Below are positions 63,734 through 64,000 of a stretch of 64,000 nucleotides of DNA, in pieces. Made by a program: the position numbers and the translations under genes. The notes beneath the pieces are model-generated. The model was not told the DNA's origin. It was given only the letters and a program-made list of their open reading frames with translations, and made no database searches. Every line of letters begins with the position of its first letter. Positions within the stretch are counted from its first letter, which is position 1. This stretch comes from Utricularia gibba (taxonomy: Eukaryota; Plantae; Magnoliophyta), in NCBI GenBank assembly GCA_002189035.1, contig NEEC01000018.1, forward strand, positions 2,046,001 through 2,110,000, read 5' to 3'.

Positions 63734-63914
63734 ATGGGGATATGGGAGAAGGCCAAGCCTTTTCTTGCCATGATACTTCTTCAGTTCGGCTTTGCCGGGA
63801 TGCACGTCGTCGTCCTCCTTTCCTTCAAGAAAGGGTTCAGCCATTGGGTCTTCGTCGTGTATCGCCACGCCCTTGCGACCTTGGTTTTCGCCCCTTTGCT
63901 TATTTTCTTGAGAA
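63734..63914 (+). CDS. WAT1-related/UMAMIT (EamA, MtN21) transporter, exon 1 only; apparent frameshift near 63892; gene runs off the window
   Basis: KPFLAMILLQFGFAGMHVV...VFVVYRHALATLVFAP, then FAYFLE|GTATGT in the -1 frame. Confidence 0.88.
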
Positions 63915-64000
63915 GTATGTATGATCATTATCTTCACAGTGAAGCGGTGATGGATGTTTGATTTTCACCCTTCACCCTTTTCTGTTCTTAGGAAAATAAG

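Overview
Eukaryotic nuclear DNA from a flowering plant (eudicot) with an unusually compact layout. It holds about 30 recognisable spliced protein-coding genes and 2 tRNA genes in 64 kb, with mostly 60-110 bp introns, short AT-rich spacers and no recognisable transposon ORFs. That density suggests a miniature-genome lineage such as Lentibulariaceae (inference only). Recognisable genes, in order: PPR336-like, CPC-type R3-MYB, PsbQ, a small membrane protein, HHO/NIGT1-type GARP factor, VAP4, FBS F-box, clathrin light chain, a YDxxSY-motif protein, LOL2, MUCI70/DUF616, VQ, NFD6-like, E6-like, TPT, RabA1, RING-CH, an uncharacterised protein, CEP14-like, WRKY IIc, RPL18a, PINOID-like kinase, mTERF, tRNA-Lys, GAR1, GASA, BPS1-like, MCT/MEI2-like, tRNA-Leu, aminoacylase and UMAMIT. 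The strongest window-wide signal is about 10 apparent frameshifts in conserved genes. Nine are consistent with one missing base, and they hit RPL18a, GAR1 and RabA1, so consensus sequencing error is the most likely cause. I found no clearly novel multi-gene system. The best leads are: a LOL2 gene whose N-terminus is expanded by phase-1 exons carrying four acidic-GPPPG[W/F] motifs; a GASA gene apparently nested antisense in an intron of an unidentified gene; and a PINOID-like kinase lacking both the N-terminal KPH motif and the C-terminal FxxF (PIF) motif. All family assignments come from my recall of the families, not from database searches.
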